64,000 nucleotides of DNA, taken from assembly GCF_009914755.1 (NCBI RefSeq), contig NC_060942.1; one strand, given 5' to 3'. The DNA is from the human T2T-CHM13v2.0 reference genome, Homo sapiens. The notes below the pieces were generated by a model. That model was not told the origin of the DNA. It was given only the letters and a program-made list of their open reading frames with translations, and made no database searches. Shown here piece after piece: positions 40,011 to 54,700 of the stretch. The position numbers and the translations under genes are program-made. Position 1 is the stretch's first letter; every line of letters starts with the position of its first letter.

Positions 40011-40693
40011 GCCTGTTTAATTTTGATTTTGTGTTTATTTATAGAGACTTTCTGATAATTTTTAAAATTAAGTTAAGTAAAAATAAGATTACTTGTGGAT
40101 GACATTAAAATACTGTTTCCTATGAAAAGTGTCTCTGTAGGGCTTTCCAGTTAATGATCTAAATGCATTGGCAGGATGAGGGATGATGAGCTAAGTGTTA
40201 ATAAATGACACTGCTAGGAAGATTACAATTCAAATCTATTTCTATTTTGAGAAGCAGAAAAGATGGATGAGTACTCACTGTTACTGTTGAAGTCACGGTA
40301 CCATGAAAGCCGCTCATTAAACCAGGATGGGTCTCTGGGAAGGCAGGGAGAGGGAAGAGCGCGCTGATGAGCGGAGGCTGGATGGGAGCTGCCCCCAGGA
40401 GTGGATCTTCCTAGCCCAGGAATTCCACACCACCAGGAAACTGCTGGACTGTTCCTTACCTGAACTTCCTAAGCCCATGAATTGGGCTTCATGCAGCAGA
40501 ACTAGGGAGGAAAGGATAGGAAGAAGGAAGGGAGGAAGGAAAGGAAGGAAGGAGAAAGGAGCCCCTCCAGGAACACCTTTATTTTGTGCACAGCCCAAAT
40601 ATTAAGCAGGAGTGTTGAAGCAGGGTGAAAATCTGTGTGTGCAGTGTTGGCTGTAGGAAAGGGAACTCACCCTTGGCCTCCTTTTTGTTGCAG

Positions 40694-40791
40694 GCCGCCA
40701 GATCCCACCCTTGGACCCCCATGAAAATGGAAACAATGGAACAATCAAAGTTGAGAAGCCAACCATGCAAGCCAGCCGCCGGTGCTGTTGA
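40694..40791 (+). CDS. RAB31: RAB31 last coding exon (hypervariable tail, CC geranylgeranylation motif)
   Basis: Acceptor ctttttgttgcag|GC at 40693/40694. Joined to the previous exon's terminal A it reads S-RQIPPLDPHENGNNGTIKVEKPTMQASRRCC-TGA (stop 40789-40791). Confidence 0.97.
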
Positions 40792-43700
40792 CCCAAGGGC
40801 CGTGGTCCACGGTACTTGAAGAAGCCAGAGCCCACATCCTGTGCACTGCTGAAGGACCCTACGCTCGGTGGCCTGGCACCTCACTTTGAGAAGAGTGAGC
40901 ACACTGGCTTTGCATCCTGGAAGACCTGCAGGGGGCGGGGCAGGAAATGTACCTGAAAAGGATTTTAGAAAACCCTGGGAAAACCCACCACACCACCACA
41001 AAATGGCCTTTAGTGTATGAAATGCACATGGAGGGGATGTAGTTGCATTTTTGCTAAAAAAAAAAAAAAAACCTTTAAAAATTGTTGGATGTGTACAAAA
41101 GTCTTACTGCCTTATTATGTGTATGGGATTCTAAAGTGGCATTCCACTTGGATTTCCTGTGCTACCTATCCAAATTCCAGTAACTACTTCAGTGTCATTG
41201 CCTTTGTTACCTAACCAACCTTCACTGAAAGGCAAATTTAGTTCAGGAGGTTAGTTTTTAGCTAGCTTTGGAAGTAAGCCTTTATTTATTACTTTTTGGA
41301 GGAAATCAGAGAAGTGTCAATGGACCGTCACTCAGACTGAGACTTGAGTTATTACAGAAGCCAGGAAAAGTGTATTAGAAACTGTTGTCTACACCACTTT
41401 TAATTGGTGAACAATTTTTCTAAGTTATGGTCATATATACCCAAACAAACCAAATCAAACTAAATTATTGCATATAATTTTGGGATTGGGTGGCCTAGTT
41501 TGAAAGAGTGATTTAATTAATCACTATGTAAGTGGTGAGAGATGCAGGACATACACATTATTCAAGAGACCACCTGACATGCATCTCCTCCGCAGGAATA
41601 CATTCGTCCTCTCTTAGAGAAGTTTAACGCACATAGTATTATTTTACTAAGAGAATATCTCTTGGTGTCATATCTAGGGGAAGAGAATTAACTAGAATTA
41701 AATTTAATGTTTGAATCTAAATCATTGGGCAAACTTCTAATAATAACAATTAATAATAGGTTACAGGAAAGCCAGCCAGAGGAAGTGTCAGCACTTTAAA
41801 ATTCTAGACCCCAAAAAACTACAAAATCAGAAAAAGTATTTTTATGTTTCTAGCTTGAGGAGAAGGGCTTTAGGGCTAACCAGAGGTCTGACCCTAGAAT
41901 GCCAAGGAACTGAGAATGGGCTCCGATGAAAACCTTCCTTTTCAGATTCCCTGTCTGCTCAATTAAAGATGTTTGTATCCAAAGGAAGTCAAGGAAGAAA
42001 AAGTGTGGAAAGGAAGAGAACTGATTCCTACTGAAAATTCAAATTCTATTACCATTCTAACTTTCATAAAAAGTTGGGATCAAGAAGCAGCTGATTTCCT
42101 GCCAGGGCTTATATTAGGGGGGTGATTCTTAAAGGACATTAGGATTGGTGCTCAGAAATGGTTAATCATGCTGTGTGCTAGCCAGGGCCAGCTGGTACCT
42201 TCTTTGCCATGAGCATTCAAGGGACAGCTAACCTTTATTGACAATCTATATTGCAAAAGTCAGGAAAGAGGTTGTGAGCTGATTGGATTAAAGACCTGGC
42301 ACTTCAGTAACTCAGCACGCTTCCACTTCACTCAACTTAAGAGAGTTCATTGACAGTGTTAGGATGTGAAGGCTGGGAAACACTTATTTTGCTTCAAGAG
42401 TTCCACTTGGCTCTCCCAAATAGGTACCTCAAAAACTGTTAGCAAGCGGCATTTGGATGTCTTGACAGGGGCTTTGCAGGGATTTTTAGGGTTTTTTCCA
42501 CATTGTCCACATTAATGGTTGGCATGATTGTGCTTGCAGGCCAAGAAATGATCATACCCCTTGCCAAAGGTAAAAAAAAAAAAAAAAAAATGAGTTGAAA
42601 ATTGAAGTGACCTCTTTCCAGCTGACTTGCAGGCTTATTTTGTAACCTTTCCTCATCCAGTTTTCCCTGAGAACCTGGGTTTATCTCTAGATAGCTGTTC
42701 AGGTTTTTTAGCTGAGGGGTAAGTATCCTAGCTGAGAGTTTTGCATCTTTGGGCTGGGTTTGCAGTGGTTGTGTTTTGCATAAAATGTCTAGTCTTTGCC
42801 ACAGATAGTGAGCTACCCACTAATGAGCCCATGGTTTTATTTCAGAAGCACATGAGGGTGTGAAACCACTCTGTTACCTTTCTGTATTGTCTTAGCTATT
42901 CAAGCCAGTCAGAGGATAATATATATATTCTCATCAGCACTCAGAGTAGTCAGTGAAGAGAGTAGATCACACTTGGGCACACCAGGATTCACATAAACAT
43001 TGTATCTTCTCTGTGGATGCTCAGGCCTTGTCTACAATGAGGCTTTACAACCTTCCTTTGTTTTGGCTCGGGATTACTTCCTGGCTGTCTAATAATTGAA
43101 CCATAACCATGTAATATTATGTAAAGGCCTGGAAATTACTGTTGCTAAAAAAAGTCATGTAGTTTCATGTAGTGTAGCATCCTTGGCATCGTTTTCCAAA
43201 ATTTGTTCCTTCTCCCTTTTTTTTTTCTTTCGTGTGTGGCATGAGTGTGTATCTGTGTAAATATGATTGTATATGTGTTACTCCGATATGTAATCCATTT
43301 CACTGGCTGAGTTTGGCCCCTAGCCATGTGTTAATATAAAGTAGGCATGGCTTCCCAATGGAAATCTCTGAGAATGACAGTGGAGTTGTGCAAGCATTTT
43401 ACATTGCCACATAATTGACTTGCCATTTTATGGTTAAAAACGGCACATTAGGCAGTTGAATATGACGTTACCTTGCAGACTAAAAGGTTGAAGGCCCGAA
43501 ACTAACTTTTAGCTAACAATAAGGGCTGTGCCCCAATGGAAACTGAGTTCATTTTCTGAGAAAGGTTTGGATGACTGAAATATTTCCTCTACAGTCAAGG
43601 ACTTTGGCATGCGGTGGCTGAAACTGAGCTTTTTTGTGTGGGCTCCAGTTCTCACTGTTCTGCAATGCTCATGGCAAGTTGAATGGTGAGCTAGCTTATA

Positions 43701-44020
43701 AATTAAAGAGCTCTGAACTGTATTCAGACCGACTGGGTATCTAGCTTACTGTTTTAACATCATTGTTGAAACCAGACCCTGTAGTCCAGTGGTGCTGCCC
43801 TGTTGTGCAAACTGCTCCTTTTTCTCGTGTTTTTGTAAAGAGCTTCCATCTGGGCTGGACCCAGTTCTTGCACATACAAGACACCGCTGCAGTCAGCTAG
43901 GACCTTTCCGCCATGTATTCTATTCTGTAGTAAAGCATTTCCATCAACAATGCCTAATTGTATCTGTTATTTTTGGTTTAACACACACTGATTCATACTA
44001 ATAAATATTTTCAGTTTTAC
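40792..44020 (+). other. RAB31: RAB31 3' UTR (~3.2 kb)
   Basis: Non-repetitive, AU-rich sequence from the stop codon to the AATAAA at 44000. Interspersed repeats resume just after it. The cleavage position is approximate. Confidence 0.85.
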
Positions 44021-44040
44021 CGTTTGTCTTTTTCTTATTA
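44000..44040 (+). terminator. RAB31: Polyadenylation signal AATAAA with downstream GU/U-rich element
   Basis: AATAAA at 44000-44005, followed ~15-35 nt later by gtttgtctttttctt. Confidence 0.85.
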
Positions 44041-44069
44041 CACTGTTCAGTAGAATCATTTTTTAAAAA

Positions 44070-44720
44070 TCACAGTTAACTCAAACAGAGAATGATGATT
44101 CCCCAGGGAAATGTGTGCACCTGCACATATGCAGACATGCATAAGGATGTTCCCTGAAACACTGTTTGCAGTAGCAAAATGTTGCCTTCCACTAAGGAAA
44201 TGGAAAAATGAAATGCGGCCCAGCCACATGATGAAAGCTATCAGGTAATGAAAATGAACTCACTATCATGCATCAACATTGATCTCAAAAACAGAGTTTG
44301 GAGTGCAGGCTGCCATCCTGCACATCCCCAAGGGAGCCATCATAGTGGCCTGTATGAATGCAACCCTCAGGAACTGTGCAGTGCATCGCCTGGGCAACCA
44401 ACCTGTGGCCCTGGCTGAGTGAATACAGCAAGCTGAATAAGTACCAATGCATGTCAACTCACACAGAACAATAATTCAGACATTGTTTATGAATGTGTTT
44501 GTGTGCTAAAAGAATTAGAAAGTAAAACAGGAACTTCATGATGGTCCTTACCTAAGGGGAGGGAGAGAAGTGAACAGGATCAGGGAGAACGAAGGAGATG
44601 TAACTATCTGTCATTTGTATTTACTTCATGATAGAAAAATCTGAAGCCAGTACGACAAAAGGATAACATTTGGTCATTTCAAGGTGTGTGTTTTATTAGC
44701 CTTTATATTTTTCTGTGTGT
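44070..44720 (+). mobile_element. L1ME-like 3' UTR remnant (small DNA-transposon-like insert ~44305-44412)
   Basis: Degenerate L1 3' motifs; subfamily uncertain. Confidence 0.5.
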
Positions 44721-44900
44721 TTCGTTTTTCAAAGAGGAAGGGGAATGGAGACAACAAAAACTATATAAAGGATGAGGGTGACTTCTTTAATATGCAAGAA
44801 AGATTTCATAAGTGTATTTGCCAAGTCAGTTACTTTGATGAGGTATACTCACTCCCATCCCATCTCCTCCGTTGTCTCAGCCCCCACTACCTGCCACCAA

Positions 44901-44903
<3 letters not shown>

Positions 44904-44935
<32 letters not shown>
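44904..44935. repeat. (AC)16 microsatellite
   Basis: Counted from sequence. Confidence 0.95.
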
Positions 44936-44937
<2 letters not shown>

Positions 44938-45843
44938 TCACATTCATGCCCTTGTGGGGCTTATGTTTTCTCTGCAGAGCTTCATTTGACATCTAGATGA
45001 CTGGGAAAGTGGGAGGTGAAGAGGAGAGAAGCAGCACCTTCATGTTCTCAGCATTGGAGACGCTGTCAGAGGCCCCTGCTAGGAAATGCTTCCAATATGT
45101 AATCAAACTAGAAACACCCACCATCACCAACAAGAGACCCAGTGTTCCAATTTTATGAGAAAGCATGCCTTTCTTTTGCATTTACTAAGAAGCGGTTACC
45201 TGTGTATAGCAACTTTGGGAGATGTTTTTGGAAAAAATCCCGTGATTGGATTCAGATGGCAGATTTTGTGCAGCCCAGACTTCTATGTCAATAGCACTCT
45301 GCACAGGGTTTCCACCACCCCCTCCCACACGACTGTTTTGTCGCACCTCGGGGTGTATTTAATAGAACCAGTGTCTGAGGAGTTATGCCCTGAGGCTGGG
45401 AGGCCTTCATGGCAACTTGCACATTTTTACAAAACAACTCTGGTGGATTGAGGGTGCCCTGGAGAGCAAGGACAAGGAGCTCAGGCTGTGTTCAGCTGGA
45501 CTCCAGCATTCCCTGTGGTTGCTCTAAATAGTTCCTGTTCCTTCAAATAGTTCCTGTTCTGGCAGGTATTGTCCAGAGAGCAAGACTTGCAGGTTGGAAG
45601 AGGAGAGAGACTTCATCCCAATTTCATGAGCATTCATCTCCAAGAGTGTCTCCTCTCAAGTTTCTAGACATAACTGCAGCAACTGGCGTTTTGTACATAT
45701 GTGAAGCCATCTTCTCCCTTGCATTCCAGTGTTCTATTAAAAAACTGAAAACACCAAGTGTTGCCTGGTATCCTGAAAATAGGCAGTCCCATATATGCTG
45801 GTCAGAGTATAAATTGGTGTAATCTTTCTAGAAAGCAGCTTGA

Positions 45844-46169
<326 letters not shown>

Positions 46170-46234
46170 CACTAATTCTACTTTTCTATTTCTGGAAATT
46201 AATTTTACCTTTATGTGTGTGTGTATAACAGAAA

Positions 46235-46620
46235 TATTATCTATTACTGCAAAACACATTTGTTTTGCCCCAAACTTAAATTGGCATAAAACAATAAACA
46301 ATTATTACCTTACAGTTTCTGAGGGCAGGAAGTTGAAAATGGCTTAGCTAAGTGTTCTGGCTAGGGGTCTTCAGATGTCATCTGGGGCTACAGTCATCTG
46401 AAGGCTGAACTGGGGCTGGGATTCTGCTGCTGAGGTGGCTCACTCACTGGTTGTTGGCAGGAAGCCTCCGTTCCTCACCAGGTGTGCCTCTCCATGTGCT
46501 TCTTCATGGCCTCATGATGTGGCATGAGCCCCATTCTGTCTGATCCAGAAAGCTGAATGTAGTCTTCCAGCTGTTCACAGTGGCTTCTATTGTCTTAGGC
46601 TTCAACTTGTTGTCAGGATT
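46235..46620. mobile_element. MLT1-type MaLR LTR fragment
   Basis: acagtttctgagggcaggaa...ggcttagct...gctacagtcatctgaaggctgaactgggg. Confidence 0.7.
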
Positions 46621-46924
46621 TAACCCTCCGCCCTTTCTTCCAGGATAAGTGAATGGGAAAGAAGGATGTGTTGAAGCTTCTGGAGGGCTTATTGCACCCA
46701 CAGGGAGGGGATGTATCTAATTGCTGCCCCTCATTGGCACCTCTTGCCTTCTGTGAAGGTCTGACTCATCCAGCCTGGTCTCTGGTGATAGCCCCATGCC
46801 CACTTTCACCTCTGGTCACAGGGTCCACAGTGGTCTCTCTGTCCCCCCATCTTACACACTTGGCTCCCTAGGTTCACTTCCATACCCCATTTAGAGTACC
46901 TGGGAGATACTGGGTGGGAGTGTG

Positions 46925-47481
46925 AACATTTGGCTCCACATTACTTATGCAAATTTCTGCAGCCAGCTTGGATTTCTCCTCAGAAAATGGGATTTTCTTT
47001 TCTATCACATTGCCAGACTGCAAATTTTCTAAACTTTTATGCTCTGCTTCCCTTATAAAACCAAATGCCTTTAACAGCACCCAAGTCACCTCTTGAATGC
47101 TTCTCTGCTTAGAAATTTCTTCCGCCAGGTACCCTAAATCATCTCTCTCAAGTTGAAAATTCCAGAAATCTCTAGGGCAAGGGCAAAATGCTGCCAGTCT
47201 CTTTGCTAAAACATAACAAGAGTCACCTTTGCTCCAGTTGCCAACAAGTTCCCCATCTCCATCTAAGACCACCTCCGCCTGGACTTTATTGTCCATATTG
47301 CTATCAGCATTTTGGGCAAAGCCGTTCAACAAGTCTCTAGGAAGTTCCAAACTTTCCCACATTTTCCCTTCCTCTTCTGAGCCCTCCAAGCTGTTCCAAT
47401 CTCTGCTATTACCCAGTTCCAAAGTCGCTTCCACATTTTTGGGTACCTTTCAGCAGCACCCCACTCCTGGTACCAATTCTT
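46925..47481 (-). mobile_element. THE1 internal sequence (5' part, truncated)
   Basis: Minus ORF EATLELGN...WNSLEGSEE..KMWESLELPRDLLNGF...LAAFCPCPRD..ERDDLGYLAEEISKQ is the MaLR/THE1 internal ORF. Confidence 0.9.
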
Positions 47482-47851
47482 TGTATTAGTCCATTTTCAT
47501 GCTGCTGATAAAGACATATCCGAGACTAGGCAATTTACAAAAGAAAGAGATTTAAAGGACTTACAGTTCCACATGGCTGGGGAGGCCTCACAATCATAGT
47601 GGAAGGCAAGGAGCAAGCACATCTTACGTGGATGGCAGAGAGACAGCTTGTGCAAAGAAACTCCCATTTTAAAACCATCAGATCTTATGAGACCCACTCA
47701 GCATCATGAGAGCAACACAGGAAAGATCCGCCCCCATAATTCAGTCAGGTCCCACTGGGTTCCTCCCATGACACATGGGAATTGTGGAAGTTACGATTCA
47801 AGAGGAGATTTGGGTGGGGCCAAATCATATCATATCAGCCAAACCATATCA
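47482..47851 (-). mobile_element. THE1 (B/C-like) 5' LTR
   Basis: Minus strand begins TGATATGGTTTGGCTG and ends ...GGACTAATACA. Confidence 0.92.
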
Positions 47852-47852
47852 G

Positions 47853-48260
47853 CTGGAGATGTAGGTCTCCTTCCAGGAGGTGGCAGAGGGCTGGAGATGG
47901 GTCCCCTTCCAGGAGGTGGTGGAGAACTGGAGACGGGTCACCTTCAGGAGGTGGTGGAGAACTGGAGACGGGTCACCTTCCAGGAGGTGGTGGAGAACTG
48001 GAGATGGGTCACCTTCCAGGAGGTGGTGGAGAACTGGAGATGGGTCACCTTCCAGGAGGTGGTGGAGAGCTGGAGATGGGCTCCCTTCCAGGAGGTGGTG
48101 AAGAGCTGGGGCTGGATCCCTTTCCAGGAGGTGGTGGAGAACTGGAGATGGGCCCCCTTCCAGGAGGTGGTAGAGAGCTAGAGATGGGCCCCGTTCCAGG
48201 AGGTGGTGGAGAGCTGGGACTGGATCCCTTTTGGAGAGCTGGGGCTGGGCCTGCCTTCCA
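47853..48260. repeat. 36-bp minisatellite (CTGGAGATGGGTCACCTTCCAGGAGGTGGTGGAGAA), ~11 copies
   Basis: Tandem units are visible; 12-aa repeats appear in the ORF track. Confidence 0.95.
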
Positions 48261-49109
48261 GGGCCTTACCTAGATGGCGTCTTGAGTGTCAGCTGCCTGG
48301 GCCTCTCCGGTGCTTTTCTTGCTGCAGCCAGTGGGAGGAGGGTGGTGGGTGGAGTATGTCTTTACAGCAACTTCACCCAGGCTTGCCCTTTTAGGTTCCT
48401 GAATCTTCTGTTTAGTTCCAGACTCTTCCCCTAGTCTGGGGCACTTTAGAGAGTGAAAAGGGCTGCTGGGACAGCAAGAGTAAAGGGTAGTTCTGAGCAT
48501 ACTGGGATGTGGGATCATTCTGATCTAACCTTCTACACATCTGGCCATGGGGGAGGTTGTATTGGAGGACAGAAAATTCATGAGTTCCTGGGTAAGCACC
48601 TTATCACCTATCTTTGTAAAATTGTCCATCCGTCCATCATTCCAACAAGTGTTTATTGAGTGCTACTATGAGTCAGCTGGTGAACTAGTTTTTCATGCTC
48701 CATGAGATTTCTGCAATTACCAAGCTTACAAAGGAGAGAACGAAGAGAAGGGAAAAGACAAGACAACTGAGAATGGCAAGAATGAGGAGTTCATTCAACT
48801 ACAGACAGGGCAGCGTGACTGGAGGAGGCACTCTGACCACATGGGTAGGAACCAGGGACTGGGGAGTCAGCCCCACCCCTTACTCATCAAATGATTCTGA
48901 GCAAGTTACTTGGTTTCTCTGAACCTCAGTTACCTCTTATAAAATGGGAATAGTATCCACATCACAGGGTTAATGTCAACGTGAAGTGAAATCATTGTTT
49001 GCAAGACACTTAGGACAGGGAACTGAGTGGCTATGATGATGTCCTAGGCTTCAGCCTTTGCCCTGAAGCTGAGAAGCATTCTTTTTCCCTGTCCTCTTAG
49101 TTGCTACGT

Positions 49110-50165
<1,056 letters not shown>

Positions 50166-50209
50166 AGTTGCTGTATTCTTTTTTGTTCTGTTCCTTTTTC
50201 TTTTATTGG

Positions 50210-51050
50210 GAGGCAATGCAGTGTGCAGATTAAGACATCTGGAGTCAGACCACTCATGTCTGACTCCCAGCTCTGTAATCTGCTGGCAGTGAGACCGTTG
50301 GCAGATTGGTCCCTCTAAGCCTCAGTTTCCTCATATGCAAAATGCAGGTAGTAATTCATATGCACACACATACACACTTCTAAAATCCAAAAGCTTTGTA
50401 AACAGATTTTTTTTTTCCTGAGTTTGACATGGACTCATTTGGCAGCAGGACCAAACCTGAACTGACGTGATGCTCTTTATAATAGTTATTTATCCAACCA
50501 GGAGTGAGTATTTGTATATCTAGCTGCAGAAATACTACTGTGTTTCATGATAGGATCCTCCCGCTGACTGCTGGAATGTTCTGTGATAGATATACTATGT
50601 TACTTTGTAAAATCCAAAGTTCTGAGTTCTGAAAACATCTGCCCCCAGAGTATAAAGTATTGTCAGCGTGTGGTATTTACCCTCAGGTGTGTCCTGAGGA
50701 CCAAGTAAGAGGGTGTGTGTGATGAGGCTTTCACACGGGGAGCCCCAGGCAGCTCTTGGGAATGCTATTCACATGGAAGGTGACACACTCATGGTGCCTC
50801 CCAAGTGGAGCCATGGGGTTTATGCTACAGAAGAATTGTTATGGCCCTGGCACCAAGCAAGCGCTCAAAAACAGTAACAGCCAACATGAATACAGGGGCT
50901 TGCTATGTGCCAGACACAGTTCTAGGGGCTTTACATCATATTATCTCTTTTTATCTTTACAACAGCCTTTATGAGGCAGACACTATTATCTCCACTTTAC
51001 AAGTGAGGAAACCCAGACACAGAAGGTTAAGTAAATTACCCAAGACTTTC
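50210..51050. mobile_element. MIR fragments (~50210-50350, ~50870-51050) flanking a Tigger-type remnant (~50375-50670)
   Basis: ctaagcctcagtttcctcat and ccactttacaagtgaggaaacccaga cores. The middle element's identity is uncertain. Confidence 0.6.
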
Positions 51051-54000
51051 TGATCAAGAGAGACAAAAGTCAAAGATCAGCTACTACTGTTTTCTCCTTT
51101 CTTTCCTCTCATTATAAGTGCTGCACATAATAAAAGAATGAAGAAAAGGAGATCCATGATTAATGAAAATTTCCCAGGAGCTACTTTCAAACTGTATCTC
51201 ATTTTATCCGCAAAACAAATCTGAGATAGATGTGAAATTGTTCTCCTTTTACAGAAGGAGCATGGAGAGCTTAAGGGACATAAGGAGGGCAAGTGCATTC
51301 ATGCGGAGGTCCGTCCTATGTCCTATTCCAAAACCCACTGTTGCATCTCAAGAGGAAGTTTTGACAGGGGAGTTAAGGGTTAACCAGCTCAGGCTGGAAA
51401 TGCTGAATCACCCAATTAAAGGAGACTTGCTGCTTTGATGGGAAGGTCTGATCCAAAACTGCTGGGGTGACTCTCCTTGACCCTACCGTTTGGGCAGCTT
51501 GATTTATCTTTTCTGTGTGCCTGACCTTGATGTTGAAACCATTACTCAACCCTCAGTGAAGTTCTTAACCGGCTTTTTTGAAATGACTCATGCATCAAGG
51601 TCCAGCCATCTTGACTTTGTAGGGCCCGATGCCCTGAATTAGCTTCTGAGAACCCAGTGCCCAAACTGGTGTCCCCAGGTGGGCCTGGCAGACCATAGGT
51701 GGCAGCTTTCTCGGTTCTCCTTCACTTCACTTCTCTCTGGATGTGTGCGTGCTTTTTCTCTCATTGCTAAGGCACGCCCCAAGCTTTTTGTTTATTTGTT
51801 TTTATTTTCATCTTAAAATCACCCATGCACTGTTTTACCCCTCCCATCAACCTACCTATATGCATAAATCTTCTCTAGTTTTGATCAGCTGTCTTTTTTT
51901 CCTCCTCCAAGCCACCCTCTCTTCCCTTCTCACTAAAGAAATTCTTAAATGAGAATCATGATGTACTCACTTGATCATCTAGTCACTGCTCGCCTGAATT
52001 CAGTCCCTCCCCCAGCTCTGCACTTTCAAAGCCTATCCCCTCTTTCCACTCTCCACTCTCAGAGGGCAGGTGAAGCTGTGGGCCCCTCTCTCCCTCCTGG
52101 ACCCTCCTTCTCCAGCCCAGAAGCTGGTTCTGTGGTTTCTGCACTTCTTTTACTGCCCTTTTCATTTTCCTTTGCTGGCTCTTCTTAGAGCTTAAATGCA
52201 GGTACTTCCTGCAAACGTGTGTTCCTATTTCTCCTCAGTACACCTTCCTTCTGATTTCATCCAACTTTATGGCTTCAACTATTGCCTCTGGGTGTCTGGC
52301 TTCTACACTGTTGTCTAGCCTGACTGCTTTCCAGAGATCAGAGCTTGATTTCCAGCTGCGGAATGGGTGTACTGAAGTCCCCTCTTGCATGCAAATAGTG
52401 TTGCACCTTGTTAACAATGCCATTCCTGCGCAGCATTCTCTCAGAGGCTCAGGCTTCAAATTTGAGAGCCAGTTTCAGCTCCTTTCAAGCACTGACCAAA
52501 CCATGGAAATTCTATTTCTGAATTTCTCAAACCTTTTCACCTTCTTTCCACTGTCCTAGCATAGGCTTTTAATATGTTCTATCTTGATTATAGTGGTAGT
52601 TTCTCAGTAGATCTCTTTGAATGTTGTCTTTGGCTCTCAGAGCTAGCAGAGAATATGCTAGCAGTGAGTGATGTAGGTACACAGCAAATCGTATCATTTC
52701 CTGAAAACTTTCTGTGAGTCTCTTATTGCAAATTAAGTAAAATTGCAACTCTGTAACCTGTGGTGAAATGCCCCTTTCATTTAGCCCAGCCTCCATCCTG
52801 GCCCCATCGCTGCCCAGGGTCCCTGCTCCTGCCCACATCACACCCTGGTTGCTTTCTCCTAACTGGAAGGCCATCCATCTTTGCTCCTCTCTGCCTGGCA
52901 ATATACCACCCTGCGTCGGAGGCTGGGAAGCAATTTTAGGAGGCTTTCCTGGATCTCCCCAGGAGGAATCAGAGTCACCATAGAATTGGGGGCAGCAGGT
53001 TAGCCTATAAGTTAGGGTCAAATCGTGTTCACCAGAGACAGTGCATTTTTTGCACTAAACATCATGAGTCTAGTATTAAAATGTCGTTTTTCTTCTCTAC
53101 ACTCAGTGTTGTAGCAGGAGACCAGGAAGTTAATTGTGATGACCTTCGTGAGTCAAAAAAGAGAAACTCACAAGATATGGGCACTTTGATCCTATCGTGC
53201 AAGTTTTCATTGAGTGTCTGGGTTATTCCACACTGCGCTGTAAAGACTGCAGATACCAAGGCATATCTTACCCTCAAGAAGCCTATATTTGGACTGGGAA
53301 AGAGAGATTTGTACCATATAACATCATTTCATGAAATGCATGGTGCTGACGGGACTGTGTTAATCTGTGACATTTTACCCTTTTTTTGGTTTAAACATTT
53401 GTTTTTCAATATTATGATTTTAAAATTTGGATGTATTGGAAACATGGGAATAGTGTCTTTCACCTCTCTCCAATTTCCTTTATTTCTTAAAATTAACGCA
53501 TAATAATTGCACAGATTTATGGGGTACATAGTGATGTTTTGATACATACAATATATAGTGATTCTCCTTTTTCTTTACTCAGAGGCTAAGGTGGAGATGG
53601 TGGTCTGCCAGATGTTCATAAAGATCATTTCAGCAAAAATATTTTTTAAATTAAGTGTTTTAGTATAAACCTTCTTCAACTGTTTTCCATTATACAAGCT
53701 GTAATCCATCCATGCCTTTATTCATTCATGCATTAAGGGCCCACTGAATGCCACATTTGCTTACGGTGAGAATGAGCTTGGACCCTTCCCAGGAAGGAAG
53801 GTATTGACCATCTGTCTGAACATCTAAACATTGTCTGAACGTCGAAGCTACAATACACTAAAAGATGATTACTGGGGGCCTGCTGCTTTGCTTCTTTCTA
53901 CCTGCTCCACCCCACTGTGGCTCCATTCGTTCTGAAGGCAGATGTAGCCTATAGTAGTCTGCTCACTTGTCTGGCTTCTTTAGAAGGTGGGCGTTGGTAG

Positions 54001-54399
54001 ATTCAAAGAACAGCAAGCAGACAGCAACGTCTTTACACCATGAACTATGGTGCATTTGATAAATATTTTTAGTGGCATATTTGTATTAAACCATCAACAA
54101 ACTTACACCTACCCTGAATCTTACCGAAGCAGCTCCACATGGAATTTTTCAGTAAATACTTACACCAAAGAGCTTTAAACATTACACTAGAAAGTCAGAA
54201 GTGGTCAGAGTAGGACCACTGCTCACAGCTCTATCTTGGCAGGGTACCCATGGATCCTCAGTTAGATTTTCAGACTCTTTAGAGTGGAATCTAGAAGAGA
54301 AATCTTTCTTCTGCTAATACTGCTCACCTCTTGTAATAGACATTGCAGGTACCCTCTCCAAGCACAGTTTCTTAGCACTGGCCTCTATTCTCAGATGAC

Positions 54400-54700
54400 T
54401 GCTCACTGCAAACACCTGTGATGCTTTCAGGGTGGTTGTGGGGACATGCAGGGCCTGTGCCTAGGGCAAGCAGAGGTGCCAGGCTTACTGCCCCTAGACA
54501 AAATGTTCCAATGAAGTCTAGAGAGTTGGCATTACTCCCTCCCAGCTTGCCTTTGGTGTGAGCTTCAGTTGTACACAGTGGCAACTGACTTGATCACCTT
54601 CCAACTCCCCCTCCAGTGTCTCCTGGGATTATCTCCCAAATAAACTACTTGCACTCAAATTTTTGTCTTAGGATCTGCTTTTCAGAGTTTAACTAAAGTT
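54400..54700 (+). mobile_element. LTR16-like ERVL LTR remnant
   Basis: cccaaataaactacttgcactcaaat..tgtctta.gatctgctt terminus. Confidence 0.6.

Noticed and set aside
47648-48273. Gly-rich and FQEVVENW repeat ORFs
   Set aside because: Product of a 36-bp VNTR fused to antisense LTR sequence; no splice or start context supports coding.
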